Below are positions 61,448 to 64,000 of a DNA stretch of 64,000 nucleotides, piece after piece (the stretch's first letter is position 1; each line of letters begins with the position of its first letter). The notes beneath the pieces are model-generated. The model saw only the letters and a program-made list of their open reading frames with translations, did not search any database and was not told where the DNA came from. The DNA lies in NCBI RefSeq assembly GCF_032444005.1, contig NC_091286.1:375286001-375350000 (forward strand), in the 5' to 3' direction. Source of the DNA: Ranitomeya imitator. Taxonomy: Eukaryota. The translations under genes and the position numbers were made by a program.

Positions 61448-64000
61448 TGTTAGGAGTCGAGTTTCCTCTGCTGCACAGGGGGAATCTCGATCCGTGTCTG
61501 CTGCGGTCTCCCATTCGGTATCGGCCGCAGTGGGCTCTGCTCAGCGGAGACGTCGCTCCCAGCGTCTCGCTGGGGCTGATTCGGTGCATAGGGTCACTAC
61601 TGCCTTTTCTGGCTTTCCTATGGTACCCTGCACTGATCTGCGGCGAGCGAGCCTCTCTGGGACTAAGTCCTTGTTTACTCACACTGAGCATGCCCAGGGG
61701 AGGGTCTCCCATTGGAGGTCGAGGGCCACATGTTCAGTCACATGCTCAGGTGCTGCAGTACATTCCATTGGTCCTTCTGGAAGGTCCTGAAAGGGCAAAA
61801 CATGCTCAGGTACTGCAGCACTTTCCATTGGTCCTTCTGGAAGGTCCTGAAAGGGCAAAAACTTCAGTAGCAGCTTCCTGTGCTGCAACTATATAAACTG
61901 CGCATGACCGCACGGCCATGCGCTAGTATTGTCTCATGTTATGTGCTTTGCGCCAGTGTGGTCACATGTATGTGTGTTCAGGGACCCGGCTGAAATAAGC
62001 CCCTAGAATGCTGGCTCCTCCGGCGAGGAGATTGAGTCTGAGTGTATTCAGGGACCCGGCTGAAATAAGCCCCTAGAATGCTGGCTCCTCCGGCGAGGAG
62101 TTTTGTGTGTTTGTGTGACCACTGACTGCTCTCTGTTTGGGCAGTTAGCCTGTGCCTCTGTGGAGTCTAACAGGGCACAGTGCTTTCCTTTCACGGCTAC
62201 TCAGTGAATTAACTGAGTTAGTCTATACCGCCATATAGCTCCGCCGTTTGCTAGCAGCAGGTACTCCTGCATGGTGGACCCCGGGCTGCGAACGCACCAA
62301 TATCAATAAACATCTCTATTTACTCGGTGCGTTCCGCTAGCCCTAACAGAATACTAGCGCCAGGGTCTGGCTAGTAAATGGCGGACATTCAGCAATCTTT
62401 GCGGTATATCCAGCAGCTGGAGGGTAGGTTGGCGGCTCTCGAGAGCTCAACCTCAGCTGTGGATGTTACCGCAGTTGCTGTACAGGCTGCTAGCGTGGCT
62501 GCAGCAACCTTGTCCACTGCCACCCCTGTTCCGACGTTATCTCGCCTCCCGCTGCCAGAAAAATTTTCTGGAAATAGCAAAACTTGTAGGGGATTCGTGA
62601 GTCAGTGCTCTATTCACCTCGAGCTCCTGGCTGCACGTTTTCCTACAGAGCGGGCTAAGGTGGGATTTATTGTGTCTCTTTTGTTGGACAGGGCGTTGGA
62701 GTGGGCTACGCCGCTGTGGGAGCGTGGTGATCATGTGGTGCAGAGTGCTCCGTTGTTCCTGAGCACTCTGAAAAAGGTCTTTTTAGGACCTCAAGTCACC
62801 CATGACACAGCGCTCCAACTACTGGCATTAACTCAGGGTGAGTCCTTGGTCAGTCAATTTTCCGTCCGCTTCCGTGCTTTAGCTTCCGAGCTGGAGTGGT
62901 CGGATAAAGTCCTTATCCCCATATTTTGGAGGGGCCTGGCTGACCACATTAAGGACGCTCTGGCCACTAGGGAGATTCCTGCCACACTGGAGGAGTTAAT
63001 AACTGTCTCTACTCGTATCGACCTCCGTTTTAACGAGCGGAGGTTGGAGCGAGCCCAGTGTAGGCAGAGGTTTCGGTTGGCTCCCACCTTCGCCAAACCT
63101 TTGGAATCTCCAGTCCAGGCATCCGAGTCACATGAGGCCTTAGAGGTGACACGAGCAGGATCCAAGTCTCAGTCTGCCCGTGCACATAAGGTCCGTCAAG
63201 TTTGCCAGCAGTCAGGACACCTTGCTTCCAAGGGTCCTCAGCGGTCGGGGAAACGTCAGCGTCTAGTGGCAGTTGGAGGAGGTACACTAGACACGGCGAC
63301 GTTTGCCTCATAGTTGTCCTTCAAGGGGACAATTACCATAGGCCCATCCACTCTTATGGTCGAGCTATGCGTGGATTCTGGGGCAGAGGGTAACTTTATG
63401 TCCTCCGCTTTTGCCCAGCGTCACGCAATACCCTTGGTGATGCTCGCCAAGCCGGTAACCGTTCGAGTGGTAAATGGGTCAACACTACCTTCACAGATTA
63501 CCCACCAAACCATTCCTTTCACGCTATCTGTGTCTCCATCACATCAGGAGATAATCTCCCTATTAGTCATTCCTGAGGGAATTGATGAGGTCCTGTTGGG
63601 GATACCATGGCTTCGCTACCATTCTCCTCATATTGAGTGGTCCTCTGGGAGAATTTTGGGATGGAGTAAATCTTGCAAGGGTAGATGTCTGAGGGAGTGC
63701 GTTCAGGTTGCTACTACACAGGTACCCGCAGATCTTTCCTCTCTCCCCAAGCACTATTGGCCCTATGCAGACGTGTTCTACAAAAGAGCTGTGGAGACCC
63801 TTCCGCCTCACCACCCCTATGACTGTCCTATTGACCTCTTGCCTGGTGCTGAGCCTCCCCGGGGTCGAGTCTATCCGTTATCTCTCCCGGAGACGGAGGC
63901 AATGTCCCAGTACATCCAGGAGAATCTGGCAAGAGGATTCATTAGGAAGTCAGTGTCACCGGCAGCGGCAGGGTTCTTCTTCGTACAGAAGAAGACTGGA
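61448..64000 (+). mobile_element. Gypsy element X: 5' LTR 61448-62348, gag, protease, start of RT; runs off the window
   Basis: TGTTAGG...CCCTAACA LTR; gag 62378-63313; in-frame VDSGAEGNF protease and SVSPAAAGFFFVQKK after one TAG. Confidence 0.92.
62378..63313 (+). CDS. Retrotransposon Gag (PEG10/RTL-like capsid) of element X
   Basis: LPLPEKFSGNSKTCRGFVSQC, ALEWATPLWE; knuckle degenerate (VRQVCQQSGHLASKG). Confidence 0.85.
   Translation: MADIQQSLRYIQQLEGRLAALESSTSAVDVTAVAVQAASVAAATLSTATPVPTLSRLPLPEKFSGNSKTCRGFVSQCSIHLELLAARFPTERAKVGFIVSLLLDRALEWATPLWERGDHVVQSAPLFLSTLKKVFLGPQVTHDTALQLLALTQGESLVSQFSVRFRALASELEWSDKVLIPIFWRGLADHIKDALATREIPATLEELITVSTRIDLRFNERRLERAQCRQRFRLAPTFAKPLESPVQASESHEALEVTRAGSKSQSARAHKVRQVCQQSGHLASKGPQRSGKRQRLVAVGGGTLDTATFAS

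Overview
A 64-kb eukaryotic window made almost entirely of nested transposable elements. The repeat families are of anuran (frog) type, which is an inference from family style and was not searched. No host protein-coding gene could be confidently identified; all recognisable ORFs are TE-derived. Contents: (1) 1.2-8.1 kb, two non-autonomous Helitron families with head-to-tail concatemers, a 2753-bp tandem duplication and a multi-switch templated rearrangement; (2) 9200-14858, a young Tf1/sushi-type chromovirus with an intact gag-pol ORF; (3) 17696-29189, one giant palindromic hAT element (8-bp TSD) hosting Tc1, piggyBac-like and Gmr1-type LTR insertions and a 138-N gap; (4) about 30-52.6 kb, a Penelope-like element (PLE) nest with hammerhead-type motifs, a split Tc1, an inverted duplication, MITEs and solo LTRs, apparently interrupting a small array of exon-like host units; (5) 56.1-64 kb, three nested Gypsy elements. 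The strongest signals are a self-priming PBS signature at identical TATA spacing (seen in two chromoviruses, predicted for a third), the Helitron template-switch structure, the TSD-bounded PLE insertion containing an inverted copy of its own flank, and the giant foldback hAT. All alignments were read by eye.
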